The notes beneath the pieces are model-generated. The model saw nothing but the letters and a program-made list of their open reading frames with translations. It was not told the DNA's origin and did not search any database. 24,413 bases of DNA from a virus (taxonomy: Duplodnaviria; Caudoviricetes), in the IMG/VR virus record IMGVR_UViG_3300025519_000039, positions 1 through 24,413 of that record; one strand, written 5' to 3'. Shown in pieces: positions 1-7,794 of the stretch; positions within the stretch are counted from its first letter, which is position 1, and each line of letters begins with the position of its first letter. A program made the position numbers and the translations under genes.

Positions 1-1
1 A

Positions 2-148
2 CCTGAGCAATTACGGGATGCAGGACTCGGAGATCATTATGCGGATCACGATCGGGCTTTGTTTTATCATAATGCAGCAGGTGTTCCGTTTACTGCAACT
101 TATATCCAAGCTAAAGGTGATCCGATTGTACTTAAAGACATAAATTAG
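2..148 (+). pseudogene. cotJC: 5' portion of spore coat Mn-catalase-family gene cotJC, interrupted by the prophage (starts upstream of window)
   Basis: Frame 2 reads PEQLRDAGLGDHYADHDRALFYHNAAGVPFTATYIQAKGDPI, closely matching Bacillus CotJC as I recall it (...PEQLREAGLGDHYVNHDSALFYHNAAGVPFTASYIQAKGDPIADLYED...). It then diverges to VLKDIN and stops at TAG 146-148. Confidence 0.92.
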
Positions 149-152
149 ATAC
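103..152. other. Prophage attachment junction (attL/attR hybrid); crossover near 126-129
   Basis: CotJC similarity ends after ATT(125-127)/G128 and the serine integrase stop lies at 145-147. The exact central dinucleotide cannot be fixed without the other junction. Confidence 0.75.
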
Positions 153-1581
153 GCCAAGTTATATCAAGGTTTCCATCAGTTAAAACCAAAGAATCAATCA
201 ACTTAGCAATAGTCGTTTTAGCTTTTTTTCTATCTAAACTTTTAATGTCAGGAAGTAACAACTCCGCTTTTTCCTTAAGTGCTTTTGATGTATCAATTTG
301 TTTTAAGCCTTCCAATTGATTACGTAGTAAAGTTCTTTGTTCTTTTACATAAACTGTTGATTTTTTCAAGTCCTCCTCTTCAATTAGACCTTTTCCGAAT
401 GCTTCTATTTGCCTGAGCATTTGTTGGTCTAACTCCTTTAATGTTCTCTCAATTTCCTTAATTTCTTCTTGGTCGGCACTTATTGCAACTTTAACTTCTA
501 TATCCTTAGATGATGATTTTGTTATTAGTTCAATTTGTTTTATAACTTCTTGTTCAAGTTCATCCCTATGAGCAAAATGATGTTTACATCCATATTTAGT
601 CACATAAGATGAACAAATGTATCGATGATACTCGTATACTTTTCCACCAGAACGTTTATGCCTAGCAGTACTACCCTTCATTGTGGAACCACAGTGACCA
701 CATTTTATAAGTCCTGTTAGTAAATATGTTTCATTTTCATGGTGTTTATTGAGTTTCCTGGCATCAAGAATATTTTGTAGCTGATCAAAGCGTTCCGGGG
801 TGATAAAACCTTTATGGTTATTTCTGTTGATGATCCATTCTTCTTTCGGCCTCATAACTATTTTGCCGTTACTGTCTTTTTTCCTCTTGTTAAATACCCT
901 TATACCTGCAATTGTTTCAGTTCGTAGTAATCGTCTAACCGATGTACTGTCCCATTCTTTCCCTCGTTTAGTAGTTATTCCCATACTATTTAGCCATTGG
1001 GCAATAGATCTAGTACCATATCCATTTTCAGCCATTTCAACCATTCGCAGCCCGTATTTAGCTTCTTTTTCGTTTAAAATGTATTTACCATCAACAATAT
1101 CAAAACCAAAACATGGACCTGACAAAGCTTTATCTGTATTTCGTGCAAGTGAGGACATATTATCTTTAACACGTTCACTTGTTCTACCTCGTTCAAATTC
1201 CGCAAATACACCTAATAGATGTAATACCATTCTTCCGGCAGCAGTTGAGGTATCAAAACTTTCTGTTGCAGATACATAATTACAATCATTAGATTCCATG
1301 AATTTTATCAATTGTAATAAGTCGAGTAGGTTTCTACTTAATCGATCGAGTTTAGTTGTTATAATAACGCTTACTTTTTTGTGTTCAACGTCTTTTAAAA
1401 GTTTTTGTAAGTTAGGTCTTTTTAGACTCCCAGCTGAATATCCATCATCAATATAAAAGATAGGTGTATCCCATCCCATTACTTTGGCATACGCTTCTAA
1501 TCTCTCTCTTTGCTCCGTCAATGAATTTCCTTTTTCTGCTTGTTCATCTGTACTCACTCTAAGATACGCTGCTACTTTCAA
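145..1581 (-). CDS. Large serine recombinase (phage integrase)
   Basis: YLRVSTDEQ catalytic Ser motif, KLDRLSR, recombinase domain, zinc ribbon (LLTGLIKCGHCG...YIC...C), coiled coil. TTG start with RBS AAAGGTGG. Confidence 0.97.
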   Translation of the reverse strand: MKVAAYLRVSTDEQAEKGNSLTEQRERLEAYAKVMGWDTPIFYIDDGYSAGSLKRPNLQKLLKDVEHKKVSVIITTKLDRLSRNLLDLLQLIKFMESNDCNYVSATESFDTSTAAGRMVLHLLGVFAEFERGRTSERVKDNMSSLARNTDKALSGPCFGFDIVDGKYILNEKEAKYGLRMVEMAENGYGTRSIAQWLNSMGITTKRGKEWDSTSVRRLLRTETIAGIRVFNKRKKDSNGKIVMRPKEEWIINRNNHKGFITPERFDQLQNILDARKLNKHHENETYLLTGLIKCGHCGSTMKGSTARHKRSGGKVYEYHRYICSSYVTKYGCKHHFAHRDELEQEVIKQIELITKSSSKDIEVKVAISADQEEIKEIERTLKELDQQMLRQIEAFGKGLIEEEDLKKSTVYVKEQRTLLRNQLEGLKQIDTSKALKEKAELLLPDIKSLDRKKAKTTIAKLIDSLVLTDGNLDITWRI

Positions 1582-1603
1582 GTGTTATACCACCTTTCAA
1601 TTT

Positions 1604-2077
1604 TTAATCGTCGAACCATTCAATGACACCTAAAGGATTAAAACAGATTGCGTAGTTTTCATATTTAACTGTATCTCCAAATTTTTCACGATACCTTTCA
1701 ATTGCACATTCTAAAAATGGTTCCGTAACACCTAAAAATTCTGCTAATTCAAATCTACCTGTTACATGATTTTTATGCGCATCTATAATTTTATGCAGTG
1801 GCACTAATTTTTCATATCCCCATGATCGAGCAAGTTTTTCTTGCTTTCTATTTATCAGCTTTGTTTGGTCAGTAATATCACCATATGATGTATGATAATG
1901 ACCAAGTTCCTCAGCTAATATACAATACTTTTCTGTTGCTGTTGGAATATTTTTATTTAGCCAAATAGTATTTTCACCATACAGACCTTTGATTTTACCT
2001 GTTAAAGGTATCTCAAAAACTGAAAGACCTAGTGAAATTGCTTCTGACAATAATTTTTCGTATTCCATGAGACCCAC
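1604..2077 (-). CDS. ImmA/IrrE-family metalloprotease (anti-repressor)
   Basis: LAEELGHYHT motif, QEKLARSWGY, ELAEFLGVTE; lies between repressor and integrase. The true start may be the ATG at 2068. Confidence 0.9.
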   Translation of the reverse strand: MGLMEYEKLLSEAISLGLSVFEIPLTGKIKGLYGENTIWLNKNIPTATEKYCILAEELGHYHTSYGDITDQTKLINRKQEKLARSWGYEKLVPLHKIIDAHKNHVTGRFELAEFLGVTEPFLECAIERYREKFGDTVKYENYAICFNPLGVIEWFDD

Positions 2078-2416
2078 CTAATTCTGTCTTTTTGTTCTAA
2101 TAAATTCTTTGAAACGTTCAATTTCTTCCAATTCTTCCTCTGTCCAGTCTTCACCATCATGATGAGCTGCTATGGTTGTGATGTCGTTATTATCTTTTTC
2201 AGCTTTTCCGTTAGCCATTTTTTCTAATTGCTCTGTAGTTATACCTAACCCTTTACACACTTTTAATACATTATCAACAGTTGCGTTACCGATACCTCTA
2301 GCTAACATAGATCTAAGTGTTGTATATGGGATATTAATATTTTCGGCAAATGCCTTCTTGTTTGGCCAATTTTTATCTATTAACTCTTCTATAATTTTTG
2401 TTCGTTTATCCTTCAA
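2078..2416 (-). CDS. XRE-family HTH immunity repressor (ImmR/CI-like)
   Basis: HTH (KKAFAENINIPYTTLRSML...VLKVCKGLGIT) and C-terminal TIAAHHDGEDWTEEELEEIERFKEF typical of ImmA-paired repressors. RBS AGAGGAGG. Confidence 0.9.
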   Translation of the reverse strand: MKDKRTKIIEELIDKNWPNKKAFAENINIPYTTLRSMLARGIGNATVDNVLKVCKGLGITTEQLEKMANGKAEKDNNDITTIAAHHDGEDWTEEELEEIERFKEFIRTKRQN

Positions 2417-2465
2417 TTTCCAACGCCTCCTCTTTCAATACGATTTTTCGTATACGCTTAATTTT

Positions 2466-2493
2466 ATTATATCAATTTCTTAAAAAATGTAAA
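2466..2493 (-). promoter_or_regulatory. sigmaA-type promoter for repressor-immA-integrase
   Basis: Minus strand TTTACA (2493-2488), 16 bp, TATAAT (2471-2466) with extended TGn. Confidence 0.7.
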
Positions 2494-2535
2494 TATATAA
2501 AATACGAAATTGAGAATTTTTTACTATGAAAGCAG

Positions 2536-2564
2536 TTGACATATTACGAAAATGAGTATAATAT
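2536..2564 (+). promoter_or_regulatory. sigmaA-type early lytic promoter
   Basis: TTGACA (2536-2541), 17 bp, TAATAT (2559-2564); operator 3 sits in the spacer. Confidence 0.75.
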
Positions 2565-2614
2565 CTAATTAACGATACGAAATTGAGTACCTAAGCGGAA
2601 GGAGGGTTATCATT

Positions 2615-2848
2615 TTGTTAAACAACTTAAAAGCAGAAATGGTTAGGCATGGTGTGAAGGCAAAGGATATCGCAGATTTATTACATGTTAGGTTAGCTAC
2701 AGTTTATGACAAATTAAATGGTCATTACGAGTTTACATTTAACGAAGCATTAAAAATTAAACATAATTTTTTTCCAAATTATGACCTTGAGTATTTGTTT
2801 GATAAAAATAATCAGCAATTTAAAGAAAAACAAGGGCAGTCCACCTGA
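2615..2848 (+). CDS. Cro-like HTH regulator
   Basis: NLKAEMVRHGVKAKDIADLLHVRLATVYDKLNG..FTFNEALKI...LEYLF; divergent from repressor; RBS GGAAGGAGG. Confidence 0.9.
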   Translation: MLNNLKAEMVRHGVKAKDIADLLHVRLATVYDKLNGHYEFTFNEALKIKHNFFPNYDLEYLFDKNNQQFKEKQGQST

Positions 2849-2885
2849 AAGTACCGCATACCTTTTTATCAGGAGGTGCGTAGTT

Positions 2886-3044
2886 ATGAAAAAGCAAAAA
2901 TTCAAAGTTCGGCACTTCAGGTTGATTGATGGGAAGAAGGTTGAATTTAATCCTTATGAAAATGAACAACTAGCAGATAAATGTAAACTAGCCCTAGCTT
3001 TTATGATTACAGGTAAAGAACATGTATTGGTTAATAACAGGTAA
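2886..3044 (+). CDS. Small basic phage protein (52 aa), candidate recombination directionality factor
   Basis: RBS AGGAGGTG at 2871-2878 and ATG 2886 (MKKQKFKVRHF...). The RDF role is inference from size and position only. Confidence 0.7.
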   Translation: MKKQKFKVRHFRLIDGKKVEFNPYENEQLADKCKLALAFMITGKEHVLVNNR

Positions 3045-3100
3045 TCCGTATGGATTGCCACATAGGACAAGCTCTTAAAATTCAAGGGGGTGAAACAAAA

Positions 3101-3310
3101 ATGGTCAGACTAACTTGGGAAAACGATAAGTACAGAGTACTAGTTAGAAGGTTCGAGGGGGATAATCAAATACTTGTCGATTACTGGCAATTAGACAGAA
3201 CCGGTAATACAAAAGCGATACGATATAAAGATTTACCACAGTATGTAATAGAAAAAATCAATGAATTGAAATCATTAGCAAATCACATGGAAGGAGGTGA
3301 AATAAGATGA
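3101..3310 (+). CDS. Hypothetical phage protein (69 aa)
   Basis: RBS AAGGGGGTGA, ATG 3101; ATGA coupling to the next ORF. Confidence 0.7.
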   Translation: MVRLTWENDKYRVLVRRFEGDNQILVDYWQLDRTGNTKAIRYKDLPQYVIEKINELKSLANHMEGGEIR

Positions 3311-3561
3311 AAGAGTCATTGAAAGCACAAATTAATTTTAAAAATGAGGTAAAAAAAGTGATGCACAATTTAGAAATTAATCGTGGGCGAATATTCATAG
3401 ATGGTTTCGAAATTAAAAATGTTACAGGCTATAACCTTAAGAGCTCCGGTAAAAAAGGAATAGCGGAGCTCGAATTAAGGTTAATAGTTAACAACTCAAA
3501 AGCCATCCTTAATCATTGCACTAACTATATTGATAGCGATTTTAGTCAAAGTGTCAAGTGA
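3307..3561 (+). CDS. Hypothetical phage protein
   Basis: Strong RBS GGAAGGAGGTGA; 3' end overlaps the convergent gene by 66 nt. Confidence 0.65.
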   Translation: MKESLKAQINFKNEVKKVMHNLEINRGRIFIDGFEIKNVTGYNLKSSGKKGIAELELRLIVNNSKAILNHCTNYIDSDFSQSVK

Positions 3562-3870
3562 GAATGAACCAATTGATTTTGCTTTTTCTTTCGTTTTGTT
3601 CCAAATATTTTCGGACCGGATGTTTGCTAAAAATTCATGACCTTTAGGGGAAAGATCTTGAATTAAACAACCATCACCCATAAACCATGTAACTTTGGTT
3701 AAAAGTCCAGAAAGCTCACATTGTTTTATGTGATATAAAATTTCTTCGGATGAATAAGGTTTCAAAGTTTCAATTTCATTATCGGGATAAAACTCCATGA
3801 AATTTGAATAGCTTGTGGTTTCTTCAACGACAAGAAGAATATCTCTAATACAGTCTGGGTTTAATCTCAT
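3496..3870 (-). CDS. DUF2513-like protein (antisense accessory gene)
   Basis: MRLNPDCIRDILL..E...ILYHIKQC..SGLL...DLSPKGHEFLANIR...W pattern; RBS GGAAGGAGGTGA before ATG at 3870. Confidence 0.8.
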   Translation of the reverse strand: MRLNPDCIRDILLVVEETTSYSNFMEFYPDNEIETLKPYSSEEILYHIKQCELSGLLTKVTWFMGDGCLIQDLSPKGHEFLANIRSENIWNKTKEKAKSIGSFSLDTLTKIAINIVSAMIKDGF

Positions 3871-3894
3871 ATACGTCACCTCCTTCCAAATACA

Positions 3895-3924
3895 AAATTC
3901 GACGGGAAGCGAGGAAATACCTTT
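3895..3924 (-). promoter_or_regulatory. sigmaH-like promoter for the DUF2513-like gene
   Basis: Minus strand AAAGGTATT, 12 bp, GTCGAATTT versus B. subtilis sigmaH consensus RNAGGAWWW-N11/12-RNNGAATWW (1 mismatch), immediately upstream of the RBS. Confidence 0.6.
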
Positions 3925-3939
3925 ATAGGAGGAAAAAAC

Positions 3940-4086
3940 ATGTCGTTAAGTAATAGTTTAAAAGATTACATCTTTGATGGTGATTTAAGTACAAAGCTTG
4001 AAAACGTGGAGTACTCGACAAATTTAAGGGATATTGTAACGGTTGGGTACATGATTGAGCACTTTAAAGGGAGTGACGAACAATGA
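3940..4086 (+). CDS. Small hypothetical protein (48 aa; not in ORF track)
   Basis: RBS TAGGAGG; MSLSNSLKDYIFDGDLSTKLENVEYSTNLRDIVTVGYMIEHFKGSDEQ*. Confidence 0.55.
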   Translation: MSLSNSLKDYIFDGDLSTKLENVEYSTNLRDIVTVGYMIEHFKGSDEQ

Positions 4087-4091
4087 TGTAT

Positions 4092-4119
4092 AAAAAAAAG
4101 ACCACTCGGTAAAGTGGCC
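4092..4119 (-). terminator. Intrinsic terminator on the minus strand
   Basis: Minus strand GGCCACT-TTACCG-AGTGGTC followed by T8. Confidence 0.65.
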
Positions 4120-4170
4120 AAAGAAAATCAATTTCTAAATAGATTATAACACGAAAGGAGTTTTTATGAA

Positions 4171-4590
4171 ATGTCCAATAAAGCAATTGACTTGCAACTA
4201 TCACAATTGGCCAATGGAGCAATCCAGGAAAAATTAGATTATCAATTAAAAAAAGTTTTTGAAAACATACATGACCCGAACACAAAAGCCGAAGCTAAAC
4301 GGACAATCACAATTAAACTTGAATTTGTCCCGGATGAAAACCGCCAAACGATAAAAGTAAATTGCGATATGTCTCATAATCTTGCAAATGTTAAGGGTGT
4401 ATCCATGACAGTATTAACTGGGAAAGATTTATCTAATGGAAAGATTGAAGCTCGGGAACTTAAATCAAATATACCCGGACAAACTTATTTTGATGATGAT
4501 GGTATTAAATCAGATGTTGGGATACCAATTGATGTCATTGAACGCGAGCAAAACCGAAAAATTATTAATCTACAGGAAAATAGGGGGTAA
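4171..4590 (+). CDS. Conserved phage protein (family often labelled 'replication terminator protein'; function unproven)
   Basis: LANGAIQEK...KKVFENIHDPNT.A.AKRTITIKL.F.PDENR pattern; RBS GAAAGGAG. Confidence 0.75.
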   Translation: MSNKAIDLQLSQLANGAIQEKLDYQLKKVFENIHDPNTKAEAKRTITIKLEFVPDENRQTIKVNCDMSHNLANVKGVSMTVLTGKDLSNGKIEARELKSNIPGQTYFDDDGIKSDVGIPIDVIEREQNRKIINLQENRG

Positions 4591-4596
4591 CAATTC

Positions 4597-5349
4597 ATGA
4601 TAAAAGAAGCACTCAAATATTTAATGGATCTGTCAATTAAACCGGATGAAAGAGTCGTAGATATTACCGATGCTGAAGGAAATAACCGCACATTCATTAT
4701 TGATAGTGAGGGAGACCCAAAGGAAGTTAAACCACTAATTACTCGCGCAACAGAACCATTACGTATCAATACGCTAACAGGTTTAGTTGAATATGTGAAA
4801 GCAAACCTTGAAAGAACAAACTCACAATTCTTCTTACAAGTACTTGATGAAAAAACAGTGCTTTTAAAAGGGTTGTTAGATAGTCTAGGAGGTCGTGAAA
4901 CATTAATTATTGCTGAAGCAATTACTCCGACATTTAATTACGGATATTTCCTAAGCACAGAAGAGCTTATCATTGCTTTCCAATCAAAATTTGTTCAAAC
5001 AAAAGACAGAGACTTGTTGTTGAAAGTGGTTGGAAATGTTAAGGAAGAAAACGTTCGTGAGACAGGTGATAACGGAATTGCTCAAGCCGTAACCATTAAA
5101 ACTGGTGTTGCTTCGGCTGCTGATGTACTAGTTCCTAACCCTGTAAATTTAGCGCCTTATCGAACATTTCTTGAAGTAGAACAACCTACAAGTAATTTTA
5201 TTTTTCGAATGAAAGATGGTCCGGTTGGTGCAATTTTTGAAGCCGATGGGGGAGCATGGAGAAATCAAGCTATAGCCAACGTTCGTGAATACTTAGCTAC
5301 TGAATTAGAATCAGAAATTGAAAAAGGGAGAATTACTATTATCGCTTAA
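4597..5349 (+). CDS. Conserved phage protein, partner of the preceding gene
   Basis: 250-aa ORF with RBS; VPNPVNLAPYRTFLEVEQP.S.FIFRM...ALF/IFEADGGAW signature of a common Firmicute phage family. Confidence 0.8.
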   Translation: MIKEALKYLMDLSIKPDERVVDITDAEGNNRTFIIDSEGDPKEVKPLITRATEPLRINTLTGLVEYVKANLERTNSQFFLQVLDEKTVLLKGLLDSLGGRETLIIAEAITPTFNYGYFLSTEELIIAFQSKFVQTKDRDLLLKVVGNVKEENVRETGDNGIAQAVTIKTGVASAADVLVPNPVNLAPYRTFLEVEQPTSNFIFRMKDGPVGAIFEADGGAWRNQAIANVREYLATELESEIEKGRITIIA

Positions 5350-5363
5350 GGAGGGACGTGATC

Positions 5364-6665
5364 ATGATAAAAATTAACAAGCTGGAAATAGAAAATGTAA
5401 AACGTGTAAAAGCTGTAAAAATTGAGCCTACTTCATCCGGCCTAACCATCGTTGGCGGAAAGAATAATCAAGGTAAAACAAGTGTATTAGATGCAATAGC
5501 TTGGGGGCTGGGCGGTAACAAATACAAGCCTAGCCAAGCAAATCGTGAAGGTAGTGTTGTACCGCCTTACTTACACATTGTTTTATCTAATGGTTTGGTA
5601 GTTGAGCGTAAAGGTAAAAACAGCGATTTAAAAGTTATTGACCCGAACGGCCAAAAGGCAGGGCAACAGCTTTTAGATAGTTTTGTAGAAGAGTTGGCTA
5701 TTAATCTTCCGAAATTCATGAATTCGACAAGTAAAGAAAAAGCAAATATCTTACTACAGATTATCGGTGTCGGGGACAAGTTGGCAGAACTCGAGAGAAA
5801 GGAAATGGAGCTTTACAACAATCGTCATGCAATAGGTCAGATTGCAGACCAAAAAGCGAAATTTGCCAAAGAACAACCGTATTATCCAGATGCTCCGAAG
5901 GAACTTATTTCTCCGTCTGAGTTGATTAAACAACAACAAGAGATATTAGCTAGGAACGGAGAAAATCAACGGAAAAGACAAAACCTAGCGCAAATCCAAC
6001 AGCAACATACCTTACAAGGACAAGAAGTTGAACGATTAAGACGACAATTAGCTGAAGCAGAAGCAGTTTATGCTAAACTCGGTCAAGATTTAGCTACTGC
6101 ACAAAAAGATGCGCTAGACCTGGTAGATGAATCTACAGAAGAGTTAGAAGCTAATATCCAACAGATTGACGAGATTAATAGAAAAGTCCGGGCGAATCTT
6201 GATAAAGAGAAAGCCGAAGAAGAGGCAAATGAATACCGAAATCAATACGACAATCTAACCAATCAGATTGAAAAGATTCGTAAGCAGAAAACGGACCTAT
6301 TAACCAATGCAGATTTGCCTTTAGAAGGCTTATCAGTAGAAGATGGTGAGTTAATTTACAAAGGCCAAAAATGGGATAACATGAGTGGCTCTGATCAGTT
6401 AAAAGTATCGACGGCTATTGTTCGTAAATTGAAACCAGATTGTGGTTTTATCCTATTAGACAAATTGGAACAGATGGACTTAGACACGTTAAAAGAGTTT
6501 GGACAATGGTTAGAACAGGAAGGATTACAAGCTATTGCGACTAGGGTTTCTACAGGTGATGAGTGCTCTATCATTATTGAGGATGGTTATGCTGTAGGAC
6601 AGCAATCGGTAGTTGAGCAACCCTCGGTACCAACCGCACCAACATGGAAAGCAGGTGAATTTTAA
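5364..6665 (+). CDS. SMC/Rad50-like ABC ATPase with central coiled coil
   Basis: KLEIENVK N-terminus, Walker A GKNNQGKT, long coiled coil, signature-like MSGSD, Walker B-like ILLDKLE. Confidence 0.85.
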   Translation: MIKINKLEIENVKRVKAVKIEPTSSGLTIVGGKNNQGKTSVLDAIAWGLGGNKYKPSQANREGSVVPPYLHIVLSNGLVVERKGKNSDLKVIDPNGQKAGQQLLDSFVEELAINLPKFMNSTSKEKANILLQIIGVGDKLAELERKEMELYNNRHAIGQIADQKAKFAKEQPYYPDAPKELISPSELIKQQQEILARNGENQRKRQNLAQIQQQHTLQGQEVERLRRQLAEAEAVYAKLGQDLATAQKDALDLVDESTEELEANIQQIDEINRKVRANLDKEKAEEEANEYRNQYDNLTNQIEKIRKQKTDLLTNADLPLEGLSVEDGELIYKGQKWDNMSGSDQLKVSTAIVRKLKPDCGFILLDKLEQMDLDTLKEFGQWLEQEGLQAIATRVSTGDECSIIIEDGYAVGQQSVVEQPSVPTAPTWKAGEF

Positions 6666-7774
6666 TGAATATAACTCGTGGAAAGGTAGCCAAAGCACAA
6701 AAAGTTGTGATTTATGGTCCCGAAGGAATTGGGAAGTCTACATTGGCTTCTCAATTTCCCGAACCTGTTTTTATCGACACAGAGGGAAGTACAGCAAATA
6801 TGGACTTAGCAAGATTGGACAAGCCGTCAAGTTGGTCATTCTTGTTGCAACAAATAGATTGGGTAAAACAAAACAGACCATGTAAGACGTTAGTTATAGA
6901 CACAATCGACTGGGCAGAACGCATGTGTATTGAACATATTTGCCAAACAAATCAAAAAAGAAGTATTGAAGATTTTGGTTACGGAGCCGGCTATATCAAA
7001 TTAGAGGAAGAACTTGGTCGTTTCCTTAATGTTTTGCAAGATGTTGTTGATATGGGTATCAATGTTGTTTTAACTGCCCATGCTCAAATTCGGAAATTTG
7101 AACAACCGGACGAAATGGGTGCTTATGATCGCTATGAATTGAAGTTAGGTAAAAAAACATCAGCCCGTACTTCAGCGTTGGTAAAAGAATGGGCAGATAT
7201 GGTTCTGTTTGCTAATTACAAGATTTACTCCGTAGCTACTGACAAAGACGGTAAAAAACATAAAGCACAAGGCGGTGCTCGTGTCATATATACACAACAT
7301 CATCCTGCTTGGGACGCCAAAAACCGTCATGGGTTACCTGAGGAGATACCTATGGATTATTCATACATTGCACATATTTTTAATGATGTACCAGGACAAA
7401 CAACGCAACAACCTACACAAGTTGTGGAAACATGGTCGTCAGTTCCATCAGAGAGCGTAGAACAACAAATAGTACAGCAATCTGAACAAAGCATTGAACA
7501 ACCAACAATTGCAACAAGTCAACCAGATATAACAACGGAAACATCTAATACAGTTGAATTAAACCCAATGATACCAAAATCGTTACGGGATCTAATGGTT
7601 CAAAACAATGTTTCTGAAGAAGAAATTCAAATAGTTGTTAGCAAGAGGGGTTATTACCCAATGGGAACACCTATCACAAACTATGATCCCGGATTTGTCG
7701 AAGGTGTATTAGTTGGTGCGTGGCCACAAGTATACGGAATGATTGAAGAGTTTAGAAAAAGTTTACCATTTTAA
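6665..7774 (+). CDS. Sak4-like / AAA_24 phage ATPase (probable single-strand annealing recombinase)
   Basis: KVVIYGPEGIGKST, FIDTEGS, TLVIDTIDW, LTAHA, EWADMVLF, AKNR motifs. Confidence 0.88.
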   Translation: MNITRGKVAKAQKVVIYGPEGIGKSTLASQFPEPVFIDTEGSTANMDLARLDKPSSWSFLLQQIDWVKQNRPCKTLVIDTIDWAERMCIEHICQTNQKRSIEDFGYGAGYIKLEEELGRFLNVLQDVVDMGINVVLTAHAQIRKFEQPDEMGAYDRYELKLGKKTSARTSALVKEWADMVLFANYKIYSVATDKDGKKHKAQGGARVIYTQHHPAWDAKNRHGLPEEIPMDYSYIAHIFNDVPGQTTQQPTQVVETWSSVPSESVEQQIVQQSEQSIEQPTIATSQPDITTETSNTVELNPMIPKSLRDLMVQNNVSEEEIQIVVSKRGYYPMGTPITNYDPGFVEGVLVGAWPQVYGMIEEFRKSLPF

Positions 7775-7794
7775 AATATTAGGAGGAATTATAT

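Larger units (their letters stand above)
2438..2590. promoter_or_regulatory. Four 16-bp operator-like sites of the lysis/lysogeny switch
   Basis: ATACGATTTTTCGTAT (2438-2453, 6-bp palindromic arms), ATACGAAATTGAGAAT (2502-2517), TTACGAAAATGAGTAT (2544-2559), ATACGAAATTGAGTAC (2575-2590). Confidence 0.8.

Noticed and set aside
1604-4170. Arbitrium (AimR/AimP), anti-CRISPR or toxin-antitoxin module near the switch
   Set aside because: No TPR receptor, secreted peptide gene or recognisable toxin; the HTH genes are explained by the repressor/Cro pair.
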